From assembly GCA_964655915.1 (NCBI GenBank), contig CAZZNV010000001.1:10012-74011 (forward strand): a stretch of DNA of 64,000 bases, written 5' to 3'. Positions 29,437 through 39,200 of this stretch are shown piece after piece; within the stretch, counting starts at the first letter, position 1; each line of letters starts with the position of its first letter. The translations under genes were made by a program, and so were the position numbers. Under the pieces are notes generated by a model, which searched no databases, had not been told where the DNA came from, and worked only from the letters and a program-made list of their open reading frames with translations. The stretch comes from an uncultured Azospirillaceae bacterium (GTDB taxonomy: Bacteria > Pseudomonadota > Alphaproteobacteria > RF32 > CAG-239).

Positions 29437-30778
29437 TGTTATCTCCCTTTGCCCTTATTTGGCGTTTAGCCTGCGCAATATTTTTCTTAAAACTTTGGCG
29501 TTCAGTTTTTACTTGGTTTATTTTAGCCTTTTTATCTGCTTTGACAGGAAGTTTCGCAAATTTCTCCTTATTTGCGCCTGTTTTTTCAGTAATTTGCCTA
29601 ATCTTTGCCGATACGGCATCCATTTTCTCCGGTAACGCGGCTTTGGCCTCAACATCTTGAAAAACAGCCTTTTCACCTTGATATGGCAAAACAGCATTTG
29701 AGGCATCCATTTTCGCTTTGACCTCTGCAACATCTTTCGTAAAAGACCTTTTTGCTTTGAGTATCGGTCGGGCATCTTGAGTTTCATCTAACACTGCCGG
29801 ATTTTCAACCGTAGTATCCGAAATATCATCAGAAGAAATCAACTGCTCCTCAACCGGCACCAAACTTCGCTGAACTTGTTCTTGAGAGGCGACAGCCTGA
29901 ACCGTCATCGGCGATGTTAATCCCTGTTTAAACTCTTCTGCTGAAAGCTGTGGCAGCTGTTTTAGCACTGTAACTTCCGGCATTTGAGGTAAAGCGGTAT
30001 TTAAGTTGGTAATACCTGTTGTCAACTGTCCCAAACGATCAAACGCGACAGCTTCTTCGCTCGCTTTGGGCAGCATTGTCATTTGTGGTTGAGCTGTGGC
30101 TGAAGAGATTAGTGCTCCATCTTGCGCCATAGCAGGTAATTCGTATTTTATAAACTGATTCTGCACAACCGCCGGACGAACAATAACGGTTTCTTCTTGC
30201 AATATTTCCATTTGCATGTCCCCTTCGGCAAGGGATAAGTCAGCATCTCCGACAATCAATTCCAAGTCTTCAGAAGCCGTGTCCGTGTTTTGATTTGCTT
30301 CCTTATTTATGAACATGCCTTTGGCTTCTTCCAATTGTTGCTTTTTATCTTTCACTTGTTCACTGATTTTATTAATTTTTTCTCTTTCTTTATTTATTCG
30401 TTCTCGGAGCCCCGAAACTTGTTCAGAATACTCTTTTAATTTTCCTAAGTTGTTATCTTTAAACTCCTGAACTTTAGCAACTTTTTTTTCTAACGATTCT
30501 TTTTCCTTTTGTAAGCGCTCCATCGCTTTTTGGGCTTGTTCAATTTTTTTGGTTGCTTTTTCTATCATAGACACATCGCCCAAAGAACCAATTTTTCCTG
30601 AACGGAGCTGGGTATATTGGTTTACATAATCTTCTTGAAAAGTTCCTATTTTTTTCTCTTGTACCTGAATATTTTTCAAAACATTATTAACAGGGTCGGT
30701 AATAAGCGCCCACGAAAGAACCGGCCGGAAAACAATCCCCGCCAAAACAAGAAAATATGTCATTACCCGTTTTGTCAT
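29429..30778 (-). CDS. Secreted coiled-coil protein (about 449 aa), hypothetical
   Basis: Start taken at ATG (MTKRVMTYFLVLAGIVFRPVLSWA), 1 nt after the upstream stop; the ORF track begins 11 codons earlier. Signal peptide then K/E-rich coiled coil and a Q/P-rich tail. Confidence 0.45.
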   Translation of the reverse strand: MTKRVMTYFLVLAGIVFRPVLSWALITDPVNNVLKNIQVQEKKIGTFQEDYVNQYTQLRSGKIGSLGDVSMIEKATKKIEQAQKAMERLQKEKESLEKKVAKVQEFKDNNLGKLKEYSEQVSGLRERINKEREKINKISEQVKDKKQQLEEAKGMFINKEANQNTDTASEDLELIVGDADLSLAEGDMQMEILQEETVIVRPAVVQNQFIKYELPAMAQDGALISSATAQPQMTMLPKASEEAVAFDRLGQLTTGITNLNTALPQMPEVTVLKQLPQLSAEEFKQGLTSPMTVQAVASQEQVQRSLVPVEEQLISSDDISDTTVENPAVLDETQDARPILKAKRSFTKDVAEVKAKMDASNAVLPYQGEKAVFQDVEAKAALPEKMDAVSAKIRQITEKTGANKEKFAKLPVKADKKAKINQVKTERQSFKKNIAQAKRQIRAKGDNNE

Positions 30779-30779
30779 A

Positions 30780-31364
30780 TTACTCAACGTCCTCCACCGG
30801 AGCAGAATCATTGGAAAATTCGTATAAATTCATATTTTCCATTGCATTTAACGACATTTGTACCGATAAAATCTCAATCACATTTAACATATCTTCTGCG
30901 GCTTTTTTGGTAAGACTTGAGCTTTGTTCCTGTTTTTTATGAATATTATCATCCGCACTAAAGCTCGCTCCCAAGAGAGAACTTTCCCCTACCGCGTCGT
31001 CTATTTCATTTTCTGCATCTCCGGCCAATGATTTTTTTTGCGCAGACACATCCAGCGCATCAGCACTTAATTGCCATAAAACTTTGTGCATATGCTCCTG
31101 ATAAGGAACTTTATCCCTTTGTGAACCTGTTTTTAATGCTAATGTCTTATTCAAGCAATCCTCAATTTTCTGTCCTTCATTCGCATCATGAGAGCTGATT
31201 TCACAAAACATTGCCATTTGTTTTGGAAATATCAAAGAACCATCTGTTGCCGTTCCACTATCCAACGAAAGAGCTTTGCTTTCCACAGGAGCAAGCAGAA
31301 TCAAACCGGTTATCATTAAGACTGTAATATATTTTTCCGCGCAACAAATCATTCTCAACCTCAC
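30780..31364 (-). CDS. Small secreted helical protein (194 aa), hypothetical; C-terminal motif shared with upstream 627-aa protein
   Basis: Signal peptide (VLMITGLILLAPVESKA). C-terminus (IEILSVQMSLNAMENMNLYEF) resembles the C-terminus of the 31361..33244 product (NNLAMLQSSRLALNAYNNYGVYKF). Confidence 0.45.
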   Translation of the reverse strand: MRLRMICCAEKYITVLMITGLILLAPVESKALSLDSGTATDGSLIFPKQMAMFCEISSHDANEGQKIEDCLNKTLALKTGSQRDKVPYQEHMHKVLWQLSADALDVSAQKKSLAGDAENEIDDAVGESSLLGASFSADDNIHKKQEQSSSLTKKAAEDMLNVIEILSVQMSLNAMENMNLYEFSNDSAPVEDVE

Positions 31365-33244
31365 TCATCTTCTTCCGGCGTTGAGAATTTATACACACCG
31401 TAATTGTTGTAGGCATTGAGCGCCAGACGAGAACTTTGCAACATCGCCAAATTATTTATAACCTTAGCAATGGCCTTGTCGGTCTCAACAATATTCCCGT
31501 AAAGGCTCTGGACATCAACATCGGCGGCTGTTTCCAAAGGGTCAATTTCTTTCTCAATAAAATCTTCCATCTCTTTTTGGTTCTTATATCCGGTGGCTAT
31601 GTAAGCGGCAATTAGCTCCTTTTTCCCCTGATGATAGACCGCAGCCGCCTCCACCACCTCCGTGGCTTGAGCCCTTTTTGCTGAAGCATTTAAATCCGAA
31701 AGGCATTTATTTAAAGCGTCTTGCTTCAATGCCTTGGAGGAGCTTAATTCACAAATCAACCCTATGGTCGGAGGAACAATAACCGTGCCGTTTTCATTTG
31801 TTCCGTTATCCCCAAGCCCCAGCAACGATGCAAACATTAACGGCTCATTCCCGCTCATTTTAGCTGAACTTTTAAAGGCGGCATCTTGTAGCTTTTGGGG
31901 CTGAACCTCAATGCTTGGCGCATTTACTTTGCCTCGATTAAAACTCTTACGAAGAGGGGAAATCGAGCGTTGCCTATCCTGCGGAAGTTGTTTCTTTACC
32001 ACCGTGTTAAGCTTGTCTTGCACAGACAATACCTTGCTCTTAACGGCGTTATCAGAGACAATATTTCTTTGAATTTCATCCTTATCACCGACCTTTTGAG
32101 CAGATACCGCCTCAGAAGCCACCGCTCTCTTGAGTTTAGCCCCTTCCAATTTTACGGCTGAAATATCTTTAGCGAGCGAAACTTTTTCAACCGCATCAGA
32201 GGCTTGCAAGATTTCTTTTCTTTGGGCATCAACAACGGCATTTTTAGCCTCTTTTGCCAAAGCAACCGTTGAGGGGTTCATTGTTGATACTTTCTCAACA
32301 CTACCGACACTTGTCGCTACTGCCGCTTTATTATATTGGTTTTCTATTTTTGCAGCAGATACTTTTTCTTGTACAGCTTTCGTTGCTTGCGCCGCTTGCT
32401 CTATTCTCGCTCTCTCGACTTGTTCTAATTGAGCTTTCTCTAACTCCATTGCTCTTGTGTTGAGTTTAGCCTTTTCCAATCGAACTTGTGTTGCGGCTGT
32501 TGCCATATTCGCATTCGCCCCGAGAGCAGCATTTTGCATCTGCATTTGCGTATCCGCCCTTAGAGCGGCTTTATTCTGGCCGATGTCTCTGATTTTTGCC
32601 GCTGTGGCCAAATTTTCACTTCGAAAAGCTCGTCTGCTTGAACTTATTAATTCCTCCCGAGAATACTCATCATCATTTTCTTCAGCTAAAGACATCTCTT
32701 CGTCGTACAAAGCCGCTCCATCATCTGTTAACAAGGCGTCAGAACTTCCCTCTGAATTTCCGACCAATCCTCTCACATTTACTCCGGAAACTGAGGATAT
32801 TTTATCTTGCACGGCGCCCTTTAATCCGGCTCCGGCATCTTTCACGCCGGAGGCTATACCTTTAGCATCTCCATATGCATCCGTTATGGCCTTCTTCTTT
32901 TGTTCAACAAACTCTTTATATTCTTTGAGGTCTTTCTGATATTTTTCAACGTCGCTCTTATATTTATTTACCTTTTCCATGCCTTCAGCCACTTTTTCTT
33001 TAGCATTGGCCGCAAACTCCGTAACGGTCTTGGTATATGTTCCAACCGTTGACATCGTTTTATTAAGAAATGTTGTAGAATCTGTAATGAACTTAGACTG
33101 CTTTACGGTATCCGTAACTTTCTGAACCGTACTGGAAACAGAACCCGGGTCTATGGAGGGAATTTGTGCCCAAGCAGAACCGGAGGCAAAACCGAATGCG
33201 ACAACTCCGGCCGCAATCCACTTGCAATAATTTGCTTTTTCCAT
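31361..33244 (-). CDS. Secreted A/K/E-rich coiled-coil protein (about 627 aa), hypothetical
   Basis: GGGAGG RBS 5 nt before ATG (MEKANYCKWIAAGVVAFGFASGSAWAQ signal peptide); the ORF track begins 11 codons earlier. First gene after virB4. Confidence 0.5.
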   Translation of the reverse strand: MEKANYCKWIAAGVVAFGFASGSAWAQIPSIDPGSVSSTVQKVTDTVKQSKFITDSTTFLNKTMSTVGTYTKTVTEFAANAKEKVAEGMEKVNKYKSDVEKYQKDLKEYKEFVEQKKKAITDAYGDAKGIASGVKDAGAGLKGAVQDKISSVSGVNVRGLVGNSEGSSDALLTDDGAALYDEEMSLAEENDDEYSREELISSSRRAFRSENLATAAKIRDIGQNKAALRADTQMQMQNAALGANANMATAATQVRLEKAKLNTRAMELEKAQLEQVERARIEQAAQATKAVQEKVSAAKIENQYNKAAVATSVGSVEKVSTMNPSTVALAKEAKNAVVDAQRKEILQASDAVEKVSLAKDISAVKLEGAKLKRAVASEAVSAQKVGDKDEIQRNIVSDNAVKSKVLSVQDKLNTVVKKQLPQDRQRSISPLRKSFNRGKVNAPSIEVQPQKLQDAAFKSSAKMSGNEPLMFASLLGLGDNGTNENGTVIVPPTIGLICELSSSKALKQDALNKCLSDLNASAKRAQATEVVEAAAVYHQGKKELIAAYIATGYKNQKEMEDFIEKEIDPLETAADVDVQSLYGNIVETDKAIAKVINNLAMLQSSRLALNAYNNYGVYKFSTPEEDE

Positions 33245-33323
33245 AATAACCTCCCGTCCTGTCTTCTGCCGCTTCATTTATTATAACAGATTTTTCCTTC
33301 ATAATAAACGAAATTGACGCTTT

Positions 33324-35756
33324 CTACTTAAGATTTAAATATTTTGTAACAAAGTTTTCTTCGCCGTATTCCTTGATTAATTGCTCAACTAAAAGCACAT
33401 TCTTACGACTTGAATTGTACAGCCGCAAATAAGGCCCTAATCCGCCTAAATTAACATCCATAATTACAGATTCACCCGTTGCCGGACGAGATAATAAAAT
33501 TGCATACGGAAAATCACGATATGTTTTACCGGCAATAAAATCCAACTCTGCGTTTGTAAGATTCCAGTTTGCATAGTCTTCCGGAGTTGATTGAGGGTTT
33601 CTGAAAAACAGAACTGTTTGACATTGACCGCGAATAGTTTCACCCACGCCCAATTTATCAACAATATCCGGCTGTTGGAACGCACACAAAAACGCTTGAC
33701 GTTTTTTACGTCCTTCACGCAAACCTATTTCAAAGAACTTTCGGAACATCGGGTGTTTCAACATTGGCGCCGTTTCATCAATCATAATCAGTGACGGAGC
33801 GCCCGTTTCATCCGTTTCGGCTTCAATACGGTGCATGATGTAGCTGATTACGGCCGGAGCTAAAACTTCGTCATCAAAAATATGTGTAAAGTCAAAAGCC
33901 ATGAAACGTTTGGATTTTAAATCCAAGTCATCATTTGTTGCGTTAAAAATATTACCGTATTGATCCGGTGAAACCCAACGAGTGAGCTCACTGCGAACTT
34001 TTCCTGTCGGAGAAAAGCAACTGGTGTGCAAATTACGCAGAATACGCTCGTCCGGACGCAAATACTCAAACGCCGTGGTGATGGCTCGTGAAATTTCAGT
34101 TCCGGAGGCTTCGTCCGTTGCCATGGTAATAGCGCGTAACCACGTTTGCAAAAATGTTCTGTTAAACTTAGTATCGCTGCAGTCAAACGGATTTAACGAC
34201 ACATTTTTTTCATCACCATCAAACCCGACATACGCACCGCCGATGGCACGCGTAAAAATCTCGGCACCGCGGAAACGGTCGAAGAAAAACACTTTCAAAT
34301 CTCTGTGCCGCATAGCTTGTCCGGCCAAAAAAGTAAATAAAGTTGTTTTTCCTTGTCCGGTCGGACCGATAATACAACAGTGTGCCACCGCGGCATCTTC
34401 TGCCGAAACGTGAAACTGGAAACGATAGGCCGAACCCGAAGTCGTTTTGAATATACTTATGGCTCCCTGCCCCCAGTCACTCTTTGAAAAGCCGTCGGAG
34501 GGCCTGTCAAACGAAATCGCCGTAGCCACCACCCTTGACAAATAACGATAGGTTCTGGGTAAAGATTCGTAGCCGGGAAACTGATTGAAGAACGTTGCCT
34601 GAGTCACCCATCCTTCACGCACAGGAGTGACGCCAAATGTACGGCAAACACGTTGAACTTCACTTTCTCCGAACTCTATTTCTTCTTTTGTCGCTCCCTG
34701 CAAAATAATGGCCATGGCATATTCTGTCAAAGACTGGTGATTTACGTCACTATCTTCAATAGAGGACAACGCTTCACTATATTGTTCTACAATATCCGGA
34801 GAAAAGCTGGTTACACCGGCCATTCTCCTTTGTTGCATTAATACCGTTCTCGCCTCAGCCCTATAAATAGGACGAATGTTGTGCAACAAAATCAGTTCAC
34901 AATCTATCGTCAGCAAAGAAGCCACCATAGCCTCGTCCATATAATCACCGGACGAACGAATCCCCATACAAATTTCATACATTTCTTTTTCACCGGAGAA
35001 GAAACGAATCAGCCCGTCTTCTCCCGTAAAATGTATATGATCAGCGGTTAAAAGTTCATTGAGATGAGCACCTTCTGCACCATTAATCTTAGGCATCGGC
35101 TTAGAAACAGGGCTGCATATTTTCGAATATACAGACAAGGGGCTGTCTTCCGCAGGGCTTTTTTCGGTCTCATACAAGACTGTTACCCCATATTCACTCA
35201 ATGTTGCAACCAGCGACTGCGAAGCATAGTTTAAATCTTTAAGAGCGTCTGAGCGGTCGACAACCGTCAAAACTATGTAGTGCGCGTTACTATACACCCG
35301 ATCCAACGTATCATGCCAAATATGAGATACCGTTTCCAAAATGGGAACACCAAAATCACCGACATCGGCTTCCAAGGCCATCCGCTCACGCAAAGTAATG
35401 ACGCGACAGATAACCTGCAAATCCGACATATCGTCTATCCACTTTTTCCGCGCTTCCAGCATAGAAGCCACTTTTTCATCCGTTACAAAAGCCAAATCGA
35501 CGCCGGTTACTCTGAACACCCGAACCAAAGACCCGTTTGTACAACGAATCGTCATTCCGTCTGAGAGAAGTTTATTAAAAGGCAAAAAGTCAGACACCCG
35601 AGACTCTCTCGGCTGCGGCAAAACATAGTGTCCAAATTTAGTTACCCAGAATCCGGCAAAGGCTGCGGCCGATATAAAGCCAATGACCGCAACAGCGACT
35701 TCCATTGAGGAAAGCCCCTGCACGAATATACTGTAAAAGTCAAAATCAGGGCGCAA
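33324..35756 (-). CDS. virB4: VirB4/TrbE/CagE-family T4SS ATPase
   Basis: 810 aa. Walker A (CIIGPTGQGKTTLF), conserved VirB4 C-terminal ATPase region, and overlaps virB3 by 11 nt. Confidence 0.9.
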   Translation of the reverse strand: MRPDFDFYSIFVQGLSSMEVAVAVIGFISAAAFAGFWVTKFGHYVLPQPRESRVSDFLPFNKLLSDGMTIRCTNGSLVRVFRVTGVDLAFVTDEKVASMLEARKKWIDDMSDLQVICRVITLRERMALEADVGDFGVPILETVSHIWHDTLDRVYSNAHYIVLTVVDRSDALKDLNYASQSLVATLSEYGVTVLYETEKSPAEDSPLSVYSKICSPVSKPMPKINGAEGAHLNELLTADHIHFTGEDGLIRFFSGEKEMYEICMGIRSSGDYMDEAMVASLLTIDCELILLHNIRPIYRAEARTVLMQQRRMAGVTSFSPDIVEQYSEALSSIEDSDVNHQSLTEYAMAIILQGATKEEIEFGESEVQRVCRTFGVTPVREGWVTQATFFNQFPGYESLPRTYRYLSRVVATAISFDRPSDGFSKSDWGQGAISIFKTTSGSAYRFQFHVSAEDAAVAHCCIIGPTGQGKTTLFTFLAGQAMRHRDLKVFFFDRFRGAEIFTRAIGGAYVGFDGDEKNVSLNPFDCSDTKFNRTFLQTWLRAITMATDEASGTEISRAITTAFEYLRPDERILRNLHTSCFSPTGKVRSELTRWVSPDQYGNIFNATNDDLDLKSKRFMAFDFTHIFDDEVLAPAVISYIMHRIEAETDETGAPSLIMIDETAPMLKHPMFRKFFEIGLREGRKKRQAFLCAFQQPDIVDKLGVGETIRGQCQTVLFFRNPQSTPEDYANWNLTNAELDFIAGKTYRDFPYAILLSRPATGESVIMDVNLGGLGPYLRLYNSSRKNVLLVEQLIKEYGEENFVTKYLNLK

Positions 35757-36048
35757 ATTTATTACCTTTCTGCTTATAAAGATTGTGAGATGTTACGGCT
35801 GTTTGCCCATATGCCTGAAGCATTGCCGAAGCGTGAGGTTCTTTCACCCCAATATATACACAAACAATATGGCCGATAGCAATACTTATCAAGAAAAGCA
35901 ACGGATTGATGTCAAAAGTTCCGATGAACATAAACATCAGAGGAAACTGCACGCCGATGTTTAACATCGTGGGGAGAAACGGCCCCCACAAAATTCTGGG
36001 CGGATTTGCAACGGCTTTTAAGATAACTTCCTGCATTTTCAATCTCAA
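35746..36048 (-). CDS. virB3: VirB3-like small inner-membrane protein
   Basis: 100 aa, two hydrophobic segments (FPLMFMFIGTF...LLFLISIAIGHIVCVYIGV), immediately upstream of and overlapping virB4. Confidence 0.55.
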   Translation of the reverse strand: MRLKMQEVILKAVANPPRILWGPFLPTMLNIGVQFPLMFMFIGTFDINPLLFLISIAIGHIVCVYIGVKEPHASAMLQAYGQTAVTSHNLYKQKGNKFAP

Positions 36049-36120
36049 AAATTCTACATTTTGATGATACCTCTTATTTTCTTTTACGCAAGAGAATAGC
36101 TTTGGTTATTCATCTATCCC

Positions 36121-36166
36121 CCCAAAAAAAAGAGATACCCTTTTGTAAAGAGTACCTCTTTTTTAT
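36121..36166 (-). terminator. Candidate intra-operon attenuator/terminator between virB2 paralogs and virB3
   Basis: On the minus strand, an imperfect hairpin (AGAGGTACTCT...AGGGTATCTCT, 9/11 paired) is followed by T8 (the A8 run at 36124-36131 on the plus strand). Confidence 0.35.
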
Positions 36167-36223
36167 GAATAATGAGTTAATTTTTATTACTCAACTTTGG
36201 TTGAGGCTCTAAGCTTTCTAATC

Positions 36224-39200
36224 TTAGAGTTCGTCAACACCGCTGAGAACTTCTCCATTTTCATCCAAGATCAGCTCAATTTCATCACCAGCCGTGGCGA
36301 CAATCTCACCGTCTTTGTTGATAACAGTTCCGTCTTCCATCAAATCACCTAAGAATCTTCCTTTAAGGTCTTTGACTTTGCTGTCTTCATCAACATAACC
36401 CACGATTTTACCGTCTGCATTTACACAGCTGATTGTCTTGATGCTGATGCCTTGGACAACATCACCTTCATTAGCCTGAACCGCAGGCTCGTCAGCCGTC
36501 ATGCTGTTAACCGCCTCTTGTTGCTGGAGCAAAGCTTCTTGTCTGGCGCGGAACGCCGCAGCTCTACCCTCTGATGACGGTCTGGCTCCGCCTGTACTTA
36601 CAGCACCGTTATTACCCTTAGCCGCATAAGACGAGCTGCCGCGATATCCAAATCCACCTGTCGTTCCTCTGTATGAATGAACTGCTCTGGAAGCGGATCT
36701 TGTGCCACTGCTTCTATGGCCGGATGAACCGGATACGCTAGGCAACCTCCAACCACTGTCAGAGTTATTGCCTGAAGCTGTTACACCAGTCTCTTCGACA
36801 TTATCAGATGTCTCCGTAGTAGTGGCAGTATCAGCACTGGCAATCCACGAACTTTTATCTATTGACGACGTTGTCGTTTTTTTATTTGAATCTGATGTTG
36901 CACCACCGTTATTATTCGTTGTATTGCTTCCTGTCTTCGTTTCATTGCCACCGGTAGATGACCCTGAATATACTGAAGAGCGAGAAGAACCTGTCTGTGG
37001 GGCATTTCCAGCCACCGGAGGTGTTACGCTTCCACCGTTTGTATTGTTTCCGGTATTTGCATTATTGCCACCGCTTCTGGTATTTGAATTACCGCTTCCC
37101 GAATTACCGGAACCATTGCCGTTTCCTGAACTACTGGAACCATCGTTTTTGCCTGTGTTATCATTATTATTGCTTCCAGAATTCGTATTGTCGTCACCGC
37201 CGCCTCTGGTGTCAGAACCACTGTTCTTATTCCCATTATCGTCGGATCCGTTGTTTTTTCCGGAGTCATTGTCGTTTCCGCCTTGATTATTGTCACCGGA
37301 ACCTTTTCCGTCTCCGGATTTATTCCCGTTTCCACCTTGGTTGTTACCTCCGGAACCTTTTCCGTCTCCGGATTTATCATCTTTATTACCGGTTCCACCT
37401 TTTGAAGCACTATCATCTGTCAGACCGGCTTTTTCATTTTGCTTTTCTATCATATAGATATAGGCATTGTCTCTTCTGTTTTCTGATTCTGTTTTATGTT
37501 TTTTCTCGTCTTCAAGCTTCCTTTGCTGTTGTTTATACTCATCTTCCGCATCTTTCAGAGCCTTTTCCGCGGCTTGAGCAGCAAGAATATCTTTCTTATT
37601 ACCACTTTCTTTAGCCTTCTTAACAGCTTCGTCATAAGCCTTCTGAGCCTCATCTCTGGCTGACTCTTTTTGGTTCAGCTCTGTGGTATAAGCTTCAATA
37701 TTTTTATCAGCCTCATCAACAGCCTCTTGTGCTTTTTTCCGAGCCTCATCAGCGGCTTCAATAGAAGCATCCAAAGCTTTCGACTTCGCCTCCTTAACTC
37801 GCTCATCGTAATTATTACTGTCATAGTTACTTTTGGCCTCGTTATAAGCTTTATCTGCCTGATTTTTCTTCGTTTCTGCCTGATTGGCTTCTGCTCTGGC
37901 TTTTTTAGCTTGAGCTTCAGCAAGATCTGCTTTGCGCTTATCCTCCTCAGACCCTGTACGATTTGCTTCATCTCGCGCTTTTCTGGCTTCATCTTCCAGA
38001 TTACTCGCTTTTTGATTTTTTGCGTCGTAGTCTTTTTCAGCAGCATCTTTAGCTTTTTCTTTATTGTCCATATCTGATTTTGCATTTCTAGCCTCATTCT
38101 CCAAAGCATTGGCATCGCTGACCAGCTGTCTGGCCTCATCTTGTTTCGGAGTGTTTCTGGCTGCCGCTTCATCAGCCGCTTTCCGCTCTTTTTCCTGTTG
38201 TTTTTCCCAGTCGTCAAGCTGCTTTTGCTCTTCACGTTCTTTCTTGCGCTTTTCTTGCTGTTTCTGCTGGATATTACCATTTATGGTTTCGTTATTCTTA
38301 CCCAGCCCCAGACTTGCCAGCGAAGTGTTACCAATCGTTCCCGCAATATCGGCACCTGTATTCATTCCATCCTGAAGCATGCCGTTAACCGTACTGACTT
38401 CCTTTTTAATATTTTTAGTTTCATTAACAACATCACCAACTACTCCTTTAGTCATAAAGTCTACCACTTTATTTCCTGAGCTTGCTTTATCAGCTTCTTC
38501 TTTAGCCTTTGTACAAGCATCAGATTTAGGATCTGCATTGCAGATACGTCTAGCTCTATCTTGAGCCGCTTTAGCTTCCTCTCGCTGTTTATTCATTTCT
38601 TTGATTTGCTCCTCAGTTTTACCCATATTTTGGATATTCTGAGCCGCATCTATGATATTATTTTGCGTGGTGGTAATAATGTTGCCCGTAGTGCCCACGA
38701 TATTATTAAGGTTGCTACCAATACTACCCACGGCATTAAATACACTCTCCAAGCTGTTAATATTCTTAAATGCGTTACCTATATTTTGTGCCGAATTCTT
38801 AATAGTTTCCACACCATTTTTAATTGTTTGAGCGGTGTTTTTAACATCTCTTAGTGTCTTGGCTGCCGATTTACCTGTCTTTATGATATCTTTAACGCAA
38901 CTGGCAAAACCGCTACCAGCAATCCCTTTTTCTTTGGTCTTTGCATCTTTTTTGCAAAAGCCTCTTGTGTCATTTCCACCTCCACTTCCATTTCCATTTC
39001 CATTTCCACTTCCATTTCCACTTCCTTCTTTATTTTTACCACCTGGATTTATATTGCTCAGACACTTGTTTCGCTCCGACTCTTCCAACTTTTGACATTC
39101 TGCTTTTTGTATTTCTCTTATTTTGTCATCGATCCTCTCTTCTATATCTTTAGGTAATTGAGTGCACTCCTTTGTAGGTTTTCCATCCTTATCTGTTTTT

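Noticed and set aside
36702-37614. Long plus-strand ORFs (194 aa P/L-rich; 218 aa C/H/R/Y-rich) inside the giant VirB2-like gene
   Set aside because: They are antisense reading frames of the G/S/N low-complexity coding region, with extreme composition and no start context. They are artefacts of the repeat.
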